Assembly: GCA_002633005.1 (NCBI GenBank)
Contig: NMRA01000304.1
Coordinates: 151,200-215,199, forward strand
Length of the DNA: 64,000 nt
Source of the DNA: Phoronis australis
Lineage: Eukaryota > Animalia > Phoronida
Reading direction: 5' to 3'
Shown here: positions 37,665 through 50,975 of the stretch, piece by piece
How the letters are laid out: every line of letters begins with the position of its first letter
Numbering within the stretch: position 1 is the stretch's first letter
Program-made: the position numbers and the translations under genes
Notes under the pieces: generated by a model
Told to the model about the DNA's origin: nothing
Seen by the model: only the letters and a program-made list of their open reading frames with translations
The model's database searches: none

Positions 37665-38100
37665 GTAAGTCAAAGGCATCGAATATATGACGGCATTTCC
37701 AATTGTCAAAGTGGGCTAATAAATTTTTGTTTGTGTTTGCTCACAAAATATTTGGCATGCCCACAAAAACGTTATCGCCTTGGTGATAACATAAGACTCA
37801 TGTGTTGGTGCAACCTCGTTTTTGCTTCCACCTCAAGCTTGTTGGATTTGTTATCATAATGATACTTTTATTCTTTCAGATCAACATTAACAGTGTTTAA
37901 TGTGCATGAAGTACCTCTTATTTTCTAGCTTTGTGTGATATCACACAAAAGTTCTTCAAAACAGTGTAAACTTCGATCTCTGATATTTTTTGATATACCT
38001 GAAAGATCACAAGCCACTAAAAAATTTCCCCGACCAGAAAATCTGCCTGATGTCACCCAATAATTAGTTCTTCACACAGTCCTCCATTAATCCTTTACAG

Positions 38101-38238
38101 GATCATGTGAGTGAGCTGGATGACTTGTTTGTTAACTTCAAGTCCTCCATCCAAAGTTTATGCATCTGGATCGACAAGGCCGAGCATCAGCTGGAACAAT
38201 CTAGTCAGACATCTGATGCGGAACCAACCAATACTGAG
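38101..38238 (+). CDS. Dys: Dystrophin exon (R13), DHVSELDDLFVNFKSSIQSLCIWIDKAEHQLE...NTE
   Basis: cctttacag acceptor, gtagga donor, 138 nt. Confidence 0.92.
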
Positions 38239-39039
38239 GTAGGACGTCTGCCACTTCTACACTAATTGAGTTATTCAGACTGCTTTGGCATGGTTCTCTT
38301 ACAACACTGTAAACCTTCAATAACTTTGGAAACATCAAATTAAAGTCATAGTTTTCATGTGTGAAAAACTGGTATTGACTTGCCTATGATAAATGAAAAA
38401 AAAATTGCAAGCCGTGTCGCAACTTTTACAGCCCTCTACTTTACGTAGACTGATTAACTCTAATTAGATATTGCAACGTGTCTCATGTCAGTCAACACTT
38501 ATGACATATAATAGCACCTTCTCATTGCTCAGAATATATGCTTGAACTTTTACCTAGTTGTCCCACATCTTGACACAGTGATTTCGCACAGTGGCTGTTA
38601 CTAAATCTCACCGTTGTAACAAAAATTTTACAGAATCTAGTCAAGTTCACCTGTCTTAACAAGTAGCAGTTATGGCGTCTGCCATTTAAGCAGCAACCAG
38701 TCAATGTTCATTTTGGTTGGCATCAGTCAGTAGTTAAAATTTGTCTCTTTTTTGTTAAAAATAGCAAATTGAAAACAAAAAAGGAAAGCTTATGATATGA
38801 AAAAGGACATGATATGAATGGTTGCACAGTCACATTTTGACTCAAGTTCACCATAATTTCAAATGTCTTCGTTGGAGTTAAACAGTGCAAACTAGTGTGT
38901 GTGCGTGCGTGTGTGTGATTTCTTGGATTTTTTACAAAAAAAATTTTATTGAAGTTTTTTGTTGCAATGAAATTGGTTCATTCTTGCTTAAGTTGGTATA
39001 TCAACTTGACCCTGTTGTATGTGATATAGGTTTGTTTGT

Positions 39040-39392
39040 TCTGACCATTTATTTCCATTTTGATTCATTATGTACCTTTTGACCCATTATGTCCATTTTT
39101 GCTTGCTAAGTCAGTCTTTTAAATCAATTTTCTTCATTAAGTTGGCTATGACCCGTTAGTTTACGTTATTGTATTTCATAAAATTTGTTCAATTAGAACA
39201 ACCATTAAATTAAATCCATTTTTGATGAATTATACTGAAGTCAACATAAAGTGTCTGGAGAGTCGTGGCCCATTTTGTCCATATTGATCTATTATGACCA
39301 TTTCAAATTCCCTTTGCCTTTGGGTCAAAATGGACATAATGTGTCAAAATGGACATAATGACTCGCAATGGACATAATGAGTTAAAGTAGAA
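39040..39392. mobile_element. Foldback-type element with inverted arrays of ~19-bp subrepeats
   Basis: TGACCCATTATGTCCATTT-type units on the left; reverse-complement AAATGGACATAATG units x3 on the right. Confidence 0.55.
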
Positions 39393-40048
39393 TGTGTCTC
39401 AAAATCAAACTCAACTTCGTCCTGTAACAACAGATACTTTGTCATATGAATTTTTGGTTACTAGTCTTTTCTCGGCCTCATGAGCTGTAAATTTCTGCCG
39501 TTATACTTAGAATGCTTAAGTATATCAATAATCTAATAAGTACATTGATAAATCCACAAGGGACCAGTTTTCCAAAGGCCAGTGGCTATCTTATCGTGGT
39601 GAACAGTGATGATAGAAGCCTTAGTCTGTGCATTACTAGGAACCCAAGAGAAATATAGAAAGCCTTGTCTTACAACGTCAGAGCTGACTGTGATTAATAG
39701 TAGCTGTTTATCCCTTGTTTTTTCATGGAGCATGTGTAGGCAGTGAGAATATATTATTGAATTGTCTCGAAGCAAAAGAAGTATAAGGATTGTGCCCAGG
39801 ATGCTTAATGGATTGTATGTCTGTTATAGGTTAATTGACATTACGAGGAAATTGTTGATTAGTGAGATAACATTTTATTACAACTTGGATATCCAACATT
39901 CATTTACTGAAGATTCAGAAGATTGTGGTGGTTGTATTTAAGAATGATCGGTGCCTACTTGAATTTATGAGTTGAGATTTGTATGGATGGACTTGCTATA
40001 GCTGTCATCTGCTGAAAGTCGTTTGTCGATGTCATTGTCGATGTTGTA

Positions 40049-40177
40049 ATGGCCCACTGTGCTGAATATTGTTCTTGCGGGGAAGAAGAGGCTCTTGTTT
40101 CTGTTAGTGCGAAAATCAGTTTCAAAGTTCAGCCTCTGAATTCAAAGGAAGGCATATCACCTGACTTGGCATTAAAG
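40049..40177 (+). CDS. Candidate alternative first coding exon, MAHCAEYCSCGEEEALVSVSAKISFKVQPLNSKEGISPDLALK
   Basis: GTAATGG start context with an in-frame stop upstream; 43 open codons ending at AAG|GTAGGT, phase 0, compatible with exon 43200. Confidence 0.45.
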
Positions 40178-43100
40178 GTAGGTAGTAATTAGTGGGACAG
40201 TGGTTCTAGAATGAGGAAATTTAATACCATGAAGCTTCTAATAGAAGATAGGTCTCCAGTAAACGCGGTCTCTTATAACAGCTGGGGATTACGTATGCTA
40301 AAATTGATACCGCTCGTCTCAAATTGAGGCCCTGTTCGTAGTACTCGTGAAGTTAATTTATGTCCTGGCTTTATTAAGAACTTAATGATACACGAGATAT
40401 AGGGCTCAGTTTGGTGACCTGAAAGTTGCCATTGTGTCCCCAGATTTTGTTTAAAAATCCCTGGTCGCCACAATGTCGCTGCGCCACATCAAGCACACAC
40501 TCAAAATACTACAATAAGTAAACTCATGGAAGTTGGAATTGTTCGGCAAAATCAGAAGGTCCCGATCGTGCTCGTCTCACTCAGGAGGTGAGTCCGTATG
40601 CGGGATATTATCGCCTTATTTTCTATTCAAGCAAAAAAGGCAAACAATGTTTGGCAACATCAGTTCCCTAAGTTGACATGCTAAGCATCAAGCTCTATGA
40701 TTCAAGTCCTATTTAATTCACTTTGAGTTCAGTGACTATAAACAATTAAGATGGTAGCAATCTTTACCCACAATTTTAGACCTGTCATTGAAATTAAACT
40801 TTTTCATCGTTTGCAGCACCAAAATACGGTTAATTACACGAGAGTAAGAACGACATAACCCTGCATTGCAATTATTGTTCCTTCTTCAGTGATATATCCC
40901 AGCCTCTATAATTGTGAAGCCAGTGACTGAGCAACACAGTGGGGTGACTTGACTTGAGCACACCACTGCTTATTAGTATGTTCCTAATTCTACCAAAGAA
41001 TCCATTGCAGTGCAATTTGAATGGGGGAGTGCATTTATTTGGAAAAGTTTTGGAAATAGTAAACTTTAAATTTGATTGCATGGATGTGACACCCATGAGT
41101 ATGCAGGGAGTAGTTAAAGGATGGTGTAAATAAACAAAACTTTGCATTAAGAATCTTGGTATTTTATTGATATTGTAAATTTTAGTTATGTTCAATTAGT
41201 GAACTGCTACCTGCAAGAAAACTTGGCATCTTATCAAGTTAGTTGAACAAAACATTGTTAGTAATGCTCTGAACTCATTACTTTCCATTTCTGCATAAGA
41301 ACGTTTAAGTTCACGTTCAAGCTTTTGAACACCTTTGATTGCGTGCCAAGGCAATTAGAGAATTTTTATTGTGGCATATACTTTGACTAAATTAGTCTTT
41401 TAGTTGTGTATAGCCAGGCTAAACCTGGATCAAGGGTATTTTAAGCCAAGTGCTTTTCAATGTTCAGTAGTGATGTGTAGTGTTACCTGGTAATGAGGTC
41501 TTACATGTGATGTGAGTCAGTTAATTCAGGACAAAGAGAGAATATTCCTGCAGAGAGAGTTTGTCTTACTCTCAACTTTGTGAGCTTCTCTGAGAAAAAA
41601 GAAACTGCAGGAAGTTACTGCTGTTGATTGGAAAAACAGAAGATACGCATTTCCGTGCCATGTTAGGTGTCGTGTACTTCTTTCCATGTGACCTTGCACA
41701 TAGGACAGCTAAGTTTTAAGGAGATTGTTTGGCGCTGGACTGTATTCATGGATGTGCAGGTTATATCCAATTATTAGCTAAGGATTGTTTATGAGAAACG
41801 ATGGCATTCTGTTGGAATTTGTCTAGGCCGCTCTTCTTGGTCTATGATGTGACGCTTGTTGAAGTAGTGTACGCCCGTTTCTATTTGGTGTGGAGCGAAG
41901 AGGAGTATTGTTTTTGTCATGTTACCATCATGTTTTCGCCACAGCTGTGATCAAGTTTAAGGAGGTGTGGCACCCATGTGACGTGTACTTTTGCTTCTAT
42001 TGATTAGTTTGACACTCAGGTTTATAGGGTACATGTAGGATTTTGGTCAGTGCTTAAATTTTATTTGCCAACAAATTGATAGGTGTTGGACTGAAGCTAT
42101 AGGTGGCATTCTGGTAAAACACTCAGTTGATTTAGGTCACTTAGTTAAGTAGAATTGGTCTCAACTCGTCCCTTACTCTGACTTGCGGTGATTTTTGGCT
42201 TGGAATGAACTGACACTTCAGTATTACTTGAGATCGACTCATAAAGTTGGGTCGTCATTCACCAAGCAAAGTCTCTTGCTATAAGGAACTGCTGGATCTT
42301 TGAAGCCCAGAATTATTACTTTTCATCTGATTAAGGAATGAGTTGATATCAGTTTTATTGAGATAACAGATGCAAATCATTAGTTTGTTTCTTTGACAGG
42401 ACATCAATTTATAACAGATTTAAGACTCCATTGCTGAAACATACGGTTTCACCTCTGCATCTATGTTTGACATTTGGTTTCAAACTTAACAAACTATGAA
42501 TGTTAAGAGTTACTGTAGTCAAAAATCTATCTTGCACGGCCAATTTCATTTTACCATTTGGTGTGATATCATGTTTTTACATTGTCGTTGTGATAATCAC
42601 TTCTTTGTTATTACTAAGTTCTCCATGGCAGTTGAATCTTGGCAGGTCACTTGGTTGCACTTTGCTGCATGTTGTTTTTTGGGAACAATTTTCAGATTTG
42701 TGTTTTTTTTTAACTGAAAAGTTGTCTTCATCGGCATCCAGCTGCTGCAGGCAATACCGAGTCTATTTAATGCACAATGTGACTCTACTTTTACTTTGTT
42801 AAATAAATTTACTTTAATTTCTGGTTACCTTCATGTAAATTCCAGTAATGAGTCATTGGTCAGAACTTATGTGTTCAGAATAGTTTTTGATAACGGCAAA
42901 ATCTTACCAATTTCGGACGAAAATGATTACCAAAATTGCCGTTTTTTTGATTTTTCACTTGCTTCCAACAATTTCTCAAAACTTTATGCTGTAGCTGTGG
43001 TACAAATCTTGAACATGGAAAACCATTTAATTTGGTATTGTATTGTGTCGCATGAAAGAAAAAATTTAAAATAAAATTTCTCTCGTCAACCACATTTTGT

Positions 43101-43199
43101 CCTAAATTGGTAAGACTTTACCGTAATCGAAATATTAGACCTTACTGTAATCCCCAATACATGGACTTGTTCATCACTGATTGGTCACTTCATTTTCAG

Positions 43200-43358
43200 G
43201 CCCTTCAAATAGAGCTGAATGAACTGCGCAGTCAAGTGGACCAGGTCCGAGATAATGCTGTGGACTTAATCAACAAGGGAGATAAATACCAGAAGATGGT
43301 TGAACCGGAGCTCACCACGTTGAACCGGCGATGGGAGGAGCTATCTGGGAAACTGAAG
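43200..43358 (+). CDS. Dys: Dystrophin exon (R13), ALQIELNELRSQVDQVRDNAVDLINKGDKYQKMVEPEL...KLK
   Basis: ttttcag acceptor, gttagt donor, 159 nt. Confidence 0.95.
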
Positions 43359-44080
43359 GTTAGTATGGGCACGTGATTAGTTTGTTGTCATGGTAATGTA
43401 TCTCTGTGATTTTTAAGTTTTATTTTTGTCTGTACCATGTAAATGCTGCTTACTATAGGTAGAAATGTGTTCCAGGTATTAGAATGGCTGCTATTCAATG
43501 CACGGCCAGGTGGTACTTTTAGTACGCTGATAATGTTCTTGGCCTTTAATTAATGACAAAGATTTGGGGGGACTCGTTCAGGTAGAAAAAATGATGAAAA
43601 TGATTAAAGAATATTTATAATTCAAACATGCTATTTATTTTGTCACATATCTACTTTACTGCAGGCAATACATGTAACATCTCATTGTTGTTGTTGTTAT
43701 TATTAATCCATTAATTTTGTCTGTTTCTCTCCTTGTTTAAAGTGTTTACTCAGTTGTTCAGGTTAAAGTGATTCTCTCAACTGAAGTTGAACAGAATAAA
43801 TTAAATATGTCAAAAATATTTGAATGTTGAAATTGCTACTTGCATGTCAAGCTACAAGATGCTAATAGTGAATCATTTTACTTTCACCCTTTGTTCACAT
43901 TCACGTTTGTTATAATTTCAAAATCGTTTATTCGCTTTTTCTATTTTGTTCTGCACGTGTGTTTCCATACTGTATTCACAGTTGCTCTTTGTTTTACGTG
44001 ACAAACGTTGCATGTTGTCTACAGCGTAGGTTCTCGTGTGTCACACGCCATATTATTTACGCTGTGCCATATTCTTGTAG

Positions 44081-44308
44081 GAGCGACAAAGTCGTAAGCA
44101 TGAAGTTGTCGTAGAGATTAAACGTAGCATCACACTGCAAACTTCACCTAAGGTTCCCGATGGTCAACAGGACGACACCTATAGGCTCGAGTTTGAGGCT
44201 GAATTACGCGACATTCAGGCCTCACTGGTGTCCTGGGAGAGATTATTTTCAGTAGAACCATCGTGGTCGGAAAGTGAAATGGAAGATAGTATCGATAAGA
44301 AACTCCAG
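44081..44308 (+). CDS. Dys: Dystrophin exon (linker and R14 start), ERQSRKHEVVVEIKRSITLQTSPK...DSIDKKLQ
   Basis: tcttgtag acceptor, gtattg donor, 228 nt open, phase 0-0; less conserved. Confidence 0.82.
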
Positions 44309-44721
44309 GTATTGAATTTGCTGGGAACTAAATATGGATAGAGTTCCTGTGCTTGAATCTCATCGTCCCTTTTAGTCTGGTTTTATGCTGGGTAACCATG
44401 CAAAATTCACCTGTTATTCTGTTATAATAATCATATCTTATTCTGTTACAATAATTACAAAAAACATCAACTTAACTGCTTATTTCTTACTTGTTTTTGG
44501 CTTTTGATTGAACTTAACAAAATTGTTATTGAGCTTATAATCACTAGTATTTGAATCACTAAACACGACACTAAGTCATTTGCATGCTTTAGAAACTTGA
44601 TGACTCACCAGTGTGTTTCAGTTGCCAAGCTGTTTGTGCGTAGGTTTCACCACATAGGCACAGCGGCATGCTAAACTCACCATCGCAGTTTGAGCGTGAT
44701 TATTCTCGTTAACTCACACTA

Positions 44722-45292
44722 CAGTACATGGCAAAAGTAAATCAAACAAAATTATACCTTCCAGCATCATTATGGCCAAAAATGACTCAGACTATGTAAA
44801 TCTGAAACAGGCGTAGAAATATAGATTACAAACATTTTAAATCTGGTCTGCATAATTTATATATTCATATTTGACACAATTTTATGGGTGAGATGCTCAC
44901 TGCTAAGTCTGATTGGATTTCTGTGTTTGACCTGTGGTCCCGATGGCTCATTGGCTAGAGCATCTGCACGGATAGCAGAAGTTCCTGGGTTCAAGTCCCG
45001 GTCGGAGGCAGAAATCTTTTCGGACTCGTGTTCATTAGGTAACGTGGTGTGGCCAATAGGTGGCGTGCAGACCAGACTTAAAGTGTTTGTGACCAAAAAT
45101 GACTGATAATAACTATTAAGGTGACAAAATTCTAATTACAGAATGGCTTAGCCACCTTACAAACTTCTCTATTAATTCTCAAACATTCTCGATCATGAGG
45201 CACGGCTACTCTGACAACGAATACGACTTCCGCTCAGCCATCATGACAGAGAATTCTGGGTCATTCTGGCTGTGTACTTTTGTCACGTACTG
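44722..45292 (-). mobile_element. Tc1/mariner-type MITE copy A with a nested 305-bp insertion
   Basis: TA|CAGTACATGGCAAAAGTA ... TACTTTTGTCACGTACTG termini; 45098-45148 is the reverse complement of the core of copies B and C. Confidence 0.7.
44828..45090 (+). mobile_element. TIR-bounded element carrying an internal tRNA-like module (44937-45010)
   Basis: 25-bp inverted repeats at 44828-44852 and 45066-45090 (2 mismatches); A box TGGCTCATTGG, B box GGTTCAAGTCC; 12-bp direct repeat CCAAAAATGACT at 44776 and 45093. Confidence 0.65.
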
Positions 45293-46016
45293 CAGTTAAG
45301 AATAATGGTGGGTAGTCGATGTTCAGTCAAGTCACACCCCTGAGGTAGAGGTACAAACGAAATGCCAAGATGTTTTTTGAGGCTGTTGGATCATAGCTGT
45401 GGAAGTTCTTGATGACATTTTTGGTCTGGTCAGGCAAATATAGTTGTGACAAGTGAAGACTGAGGCTGTGTGATGGTGGTGGCAATCTAGGGTTGAATAT
45501 TGTTCACAGTCGCAGATTCATCAAAAATCTTTAATAAATATTCATCTGCATTTTGAATGGCTGACTACATGTTTTGTCCTTTCAAATAATTTGGGAAAAC
45601 TTTGTTACCAGTAGATCAGCTGGCCTGAAACAATTTGCATTCCTGTGGGATCTAATATAGGAAACCTGATGAAACTGAATTTCACAGATGGTGTCGCATT
45701 TTACGTCTTTTTCGTGTTAATGCTGGGAACATGTGGTTGATGATGGGTATTGATAAGCCAACAAGGTGCTAGCCAGAGTCTTTACTACAGTTGATGTGAT
45801 CCAAATGATAAGGTAAGAGGACACCTCTTGAGTTACCCGGTTTTGTGCCTTCTCCCAAGAATATGTAGTGTTTGCAAATGTTTGTATTTTGCAGTTTGAA
45901 TAATACAAAATCAAATGTTTGCTATTTTTGAACTGGTCGTGGGCAGATATGAAATTCTCAGTGACAGGCTTGCACCTGTATGTTAGCTCTACCTGTATGT
46001 TATGTTGTGTTCTCAG

Positions 46017-46148
46017 GTATCCGACCAAGAGTTGGAGAGATTAGAGCCACGCATACTAGAGATCTTGGAGAAAAACGATCAGCTGGTTGAATCGACCCCT
46101 GACCCCGAGAGGGCGGCAGTCATACGGCAACATTCTGTGGAGATGAAG
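46017..46148 (+). CDS. Dys: Dystrophin exon (R14), VSDQELERLEPRILEILEKNDQLVESTPDPERAAVIRQHSVEMK
   Basis: ttctcag acceptor, gtatgt donor, 132 nt. Confidence 0.9.
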
Positions 46149-47259
46149 GTATGTTGGAATGGGCTTGCAAACATGACAGAATGTTTACTGTGCCCTATGG
46201 GTGATGTCAGCCATGAGTAGCTTGCGGATAAACCCCGGGCTGTCTTTTTGTAATTGGTGTTTTGTTTGAACTGGCAATGTCAACTGGACTATTGTGTTCT
46301 CGCCCATAGCTGTTTTTCGGAATGACACAGCGCCCACTGTGAGTCTGCAGTATTTCTTATTCAGGTGCCAGTAAAATTTTATTGTTACAATGCAGACATA
46401 AAACTTTTGTAAAGCTGAATGAGGCACAATTGCTCATTGTACAGTTTTGTCCGAAACCGCACTGTTGTGTGGTAACGACTCTACCTTTCAAAAATTAGGT
46501 CAATTGTGCAATGGGTTACACATCATGGATAACCTGAAACCTGGAAAATGACATAAAATTAGCTTCCATGCTTGGAAAACTCATGGAAAATGAAAAAAGG
46601 GAAAAACTCTGGGAAAATTCCTGGAAATTTTCATAACATGAAAAATTTGTTTTGCGAGTGATATTGTTAACTTGTGCATTCAAAAATTATTAAATATGTA
46701 CTTTTTTGTAGGAAATTGCTTGATGAAAAATAAAACCAATCATGTACTAGAGTACACTTGGAAAATGAAAGCACGACTTGATTGAGATTGCTGTTGCTTT
46801 GTGATGATGCCAAATTTGTTAAGTGAAGAAACCATTGTAATATCACGTATGATATCTTAACATCATTTCTGAAGTGTGTTGGTCTATTTACACCAACCTT
46901 TAACCTATTTACATTGGCACTATATTCGGTCATTTCTCCAGTTATCTTCAGATGTTACATTGTGTTTAGAAGAATGAGTATGGGTGTCTGGTACAGTGGG
47001 CATTTTTTGGACTGCGTATTCCCTTGTACCAGATTGTAAATAGGTTGGAGTTTGGTGCAAATAGAAATGATGGTACTACGTTACCACCTCAAAGTGGTTT
47101 TAGGAAGTCTCACCTAATGAAATGTTAACCTATTACTTTTAAGAATTTTTTTCAAATTGTGCCATTGTTTGGTTGGTTCATCAAAGTTAAATCATTCAAA
47201 AGGTCTTACCAAAAGTCGTAGAAACAATTATTATTTGTTGTGACTTTTTGTTTTGCCAG

Positions 47260-47427
47260 ACAAGATGGGACAACTTGAAGAGCGAGTGTGAAACTCGTAA
47301 GCGTACGCTCAAGATCTTGGCGCCCCACTGGTATCAATTCCAAAAGGAGTCCATCGACTTCGACCATTGGTTGATGCAAATTGAGGTCAAACTGAGAGAT
47401 AGCCATGGTGACATCATCAAACTGAAG
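47260..47427 (+). CDS. Dys: Dystrophin exon (R14/R15), TRWDNLKSECETRKRTLKILAPHWYQFQKE...IIKLK
   Basis: ttttgccag acceptor, gtaggt donor, 168 nt; HWYQF resembles human HQWYQY. Confidence 0.93.
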
Positions 47428-50054
47428 GTAGGTAGCATTACTTTACTTGCCTTCACAGAGTTTGTGTGTGCAATGATTTCTTGTGTCAGAAGTGAACAAG
47501 GGGATTTTTGTCGACGTCTCTGTTGGACTTAATTTTCCATGTGTCTTGAGAGGTTAACATAATGTGTTTGGTCTGGGTGATTTCGATCGACCTGTGACTG
47601 ATCAGGACTTTGAATAGATCATAATCTTGGTTAACATGTTCCAGTTTCTCCAGTGTGGGAATAGTTGGCAGGAACGGGACAACACCTTTGGCAGGACCCT
47701 CTCTTGTGTGGATTAGTCTGTTTCTGATATCTTCTCGGCTAGATTTGCCCATGTGCTCTTAACAGTCGTGTTTATAGAAAGGATTGGTGTCAATAGAGGT
47801 CATTGGTTTTGCATCATATGGGGTTTCTAGAAATGGACTCGGTTACCAACTCATTCTTTCAGTTGCCCAGGAAATGCATTGAATTTTAAATAGCTAGTGG
47901 TACCCACTGCCCATTTTATGGAAGATTTGAAGCACCTCTTCTAACTCTTACCAAGAGACTGAATTCCTAAGTAGTAGTTCTGGTTGTCAGTGATAGATGT
48001 CAGCACTGAACATGAATTGCCCCTTGGTTGGTTTCACTCCCATAGTTTAATACCCTTAGTTTTCTGGTCTGCATGATGAGTAATTAATCAAACACAGGAT
48101 GTGATCACTCACCGTTATAAAAACGTCTATTAAATGACTGGACTAATTTAGCATGAATATCAGATGATGTTATGAGTGTCAACACTACGCTTGTTATCGT
48201 TCCATAGCCGTTACTTTGCATGCAAACTTGGCTCCTTGTGTTGTGTAGGTAAACCATACAACACATGCTTAATACATTTCAATCTGTTACAAATGTCCCA
48301 AACCTTCCGTTGAATGATTTTCCCATCAATTAAACGTTCTACTATTCTGTGTTTCTGCTATTTTCTGACACTACCACAAGTAAAACCAATTATCCTCATC
48401 TTGTTAGCAACTGATGCTATATATCACTTGTACTTCCTAACTGAAAATTTTCACTTGCATTTTACTCGGGGTGCTGTGGATCGCAATTTGACTTGTCCAT
48501 TCCTGTCCATTTGTTCTGTTTCTTAAAGGGGCTATCGGCAGACTGGGTAGGTTGGTTTTAAGAATTTCTTTCACTCAAACTCACATTCATCCGTAATACT
48601 ACGGTATAATTTTCTGCGGCTGCATTGTTGCATGAAATGGAACCTTGATCCTCGGCTTCAAATTGAAGCCTGACTTGGGGGTGTATATGACGTCACAGTG
48701 CAATGCAAGAAAAAATGTTTTTCCGCCAATTTTAGGAAATTGGAAAATTATTGTAACCAGAAAATAGCTTGTATTTTGTCTTTTATGGATTCCAGCATTT
48801 GAATATTTTTTGTGTTTAATTCAATAATCCATAAAGCAGATATCATTCTAACTACAGACAACAGTGGTTTCTAAGTCGAGGCTGAATTCAGATATTAATC
48901 TAGTCAATAGTTAAGCGTTCCTGTGCTTTTTTTGTCTGGTATCACAAACTAACAGTCGAGTTATTTACTATGATTCAAGAAGTCATTAAAGTCACTCACC
49001 AACCAGTACCTGAGTACCACAACCTAACACATCTATTTTAGCTTATTTTTATTGCATTTCTTTGAGAAAAAATGATCCTAACTTCAGGAGCCTGACAGTT
49101 TGAAAAGTCACCAGTTTTATTTCAAAATAAAATGTAGTTTTTGTCAGCATTTTATTGCTTTCAAGTCACTGCTAAAATGCAATAATTGCTCAACTCCACA
49201 CTATAGGACCTGAGGTCAGATTCCCTGATTATTAGGCCTCTACCATGAAGGAATTGCTCAAATCTATTGAAAAAAATACAATTTCCTGAATTCAATTTTA
49301 GTACCTTATGAAGATGTGATGGTTGATAAAGCACTAATTTGTTGTAATATAAACATCTTTTATGTTCCTTTATGACTGTTGTTGGCCTTTTGATTGTGTA
49401 CTGATGGGCGAGTCATTCTTCAGGTTTCACAAATTTAATGTAACTCGCACAAATCCAAGAACAAGCCAGCTGGCAGATCACTGCTCTATGTATTATTAAT
49501 GCATTGTGTGTATGAACGGTCAAGCTTTGAAATATTAATCGGGTTAGGATTTTTAACTTGTACAGGTTGAAAAAAGGCATTGTGCATTAGGCTTCAGTCA
49601 CAGTTTCTCATGATCTATTGGATAATTGAAGTGTGAAAATGACAAGTGAAGTGTGCAGTGCTTAAATTTGACTTTCCAATCTGAGTTGTCATGTGCATTG
49701 ACTCTCTAGTTCCAGCAAGTATGTTCTCATTCCTACGGGCAGGTGTTTGATATAAACTGGAATCTGTATACCTAGTCAGGTGTATCATTAGCGTTCATCT
49801 TAATCGTATAAAAAATGGATACGTTGAGCCCGATCACGGCGATTCCCAGAACTGGTGTTGGGATCGAGATTTCATTCGAGATGGATAGAATAAGAATAGA
49901 TTAAACTCTGCTTCGTATCCAGAAATTAAGTCGAAAGTCTTTACCTAGGAGGTTCCACCTGGTTTCTCATATCAGACTCGACCTCATCAAACTGTTTAAT
50001 TGCTATTAGCCATGGCATGCTGCTCAATAAAACATTCAGTTTGATTAGCCAGGA

Positions 50055-50111
50055 ATGCACATTGACAAGCTGTGTGGCTGCTTTAAGTCAGTTGTAGTGC
50101 AAGTAATTCAG
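50055..50111 (+). CDS. Candidate alternative first coding exon, MHIDKLCGCFKSVVVQVIQ
   Basis: Inr-like TCAGTT at 50036; GGAATG start; 19 codons ending at consensus CAG|GTAAGG, phase 0, compatible with exon 53173. Confidence 0.5.
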
Positions 50112-50975
50112 GTAAGGCATTTATTTACGAGGACTCATAGCTACTACTACAATTTTTAGAAATATTATGTAAGGTAAAAATTCTCCAGGTTTGAACAGTG
50201 AAAAATAAATCATATTCCACTGGGTCAGAGCTTGTACCAAATTCTAGATATTGACAAGATTGTCTGTCCAAAATTCAAAAATTATAATTACCGACAAAGT
50301 ATCATTCACCCTGATGTAGCACACTATGGGAACGCTGTGGCTATTCTTGGCAATTTCCTATGTAGTCTAATTTGACACTGTTGATGTAAAACACAGTGTC
50401 AGATATTTAAGAAGTGTGATGAACAGCCAAATTTCCCATGTCCCGATCATCAGAATCAAGGAAGTTCAATTTTGTCTTGAATTTCGGTGTCCCAAATTTT
50501 AGAGACTGTCCTAATTTAAACTGAAGACTTTTTACCATAAATTTACATTTTAATATGACTGAACATTAAGGTTGAGTTAAATGTTTAGAAATTAATTACT
50601 TGATCCACCTCTAACCTAGCTGTAAGAACATAGTATGACGAGAAAGTGTGATTTTTGTCAAATTTCTTTATATAAAGTATTTTTTTAGAAGTTTGTATAT
50701 TAATTTTGTTTTAGCAAGACCTTTAGTTTATAGTCGCCCTCGTGTGATCAATGGTAATTTTTTAACTTTCTGTAGCAATGTGGTATGCTACTGAAAATGA
50801 GAAGTTTTAAATGTATAGTAGTGTGGTTTTACTTTCTTGCAAAATTAAAGCTGACCTCTGGATATTTTGTGTCATGATTTGACGTTATGCAAAAAGTGCT
50901 TGAAGACAACGCTGGCTTCTGTCAATCCCACCTTCCTCAGAGTCCTCCTATAATTTTTGATCTAGGTCTCGCATT

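Noticed and set aside
41748-41765. ATGGATGTGCAG|GTTATA as a tiny alternative first exon
   Set aside because: Weak start context and weak donor; four codons are too little evidence.
44937-45010. Functional tRNA gene
   Set aside because: The acceptor stem is poorly paired and the anticodon loop non-canonical; it is embedded in a repeat, so treated as tRNA-derived.
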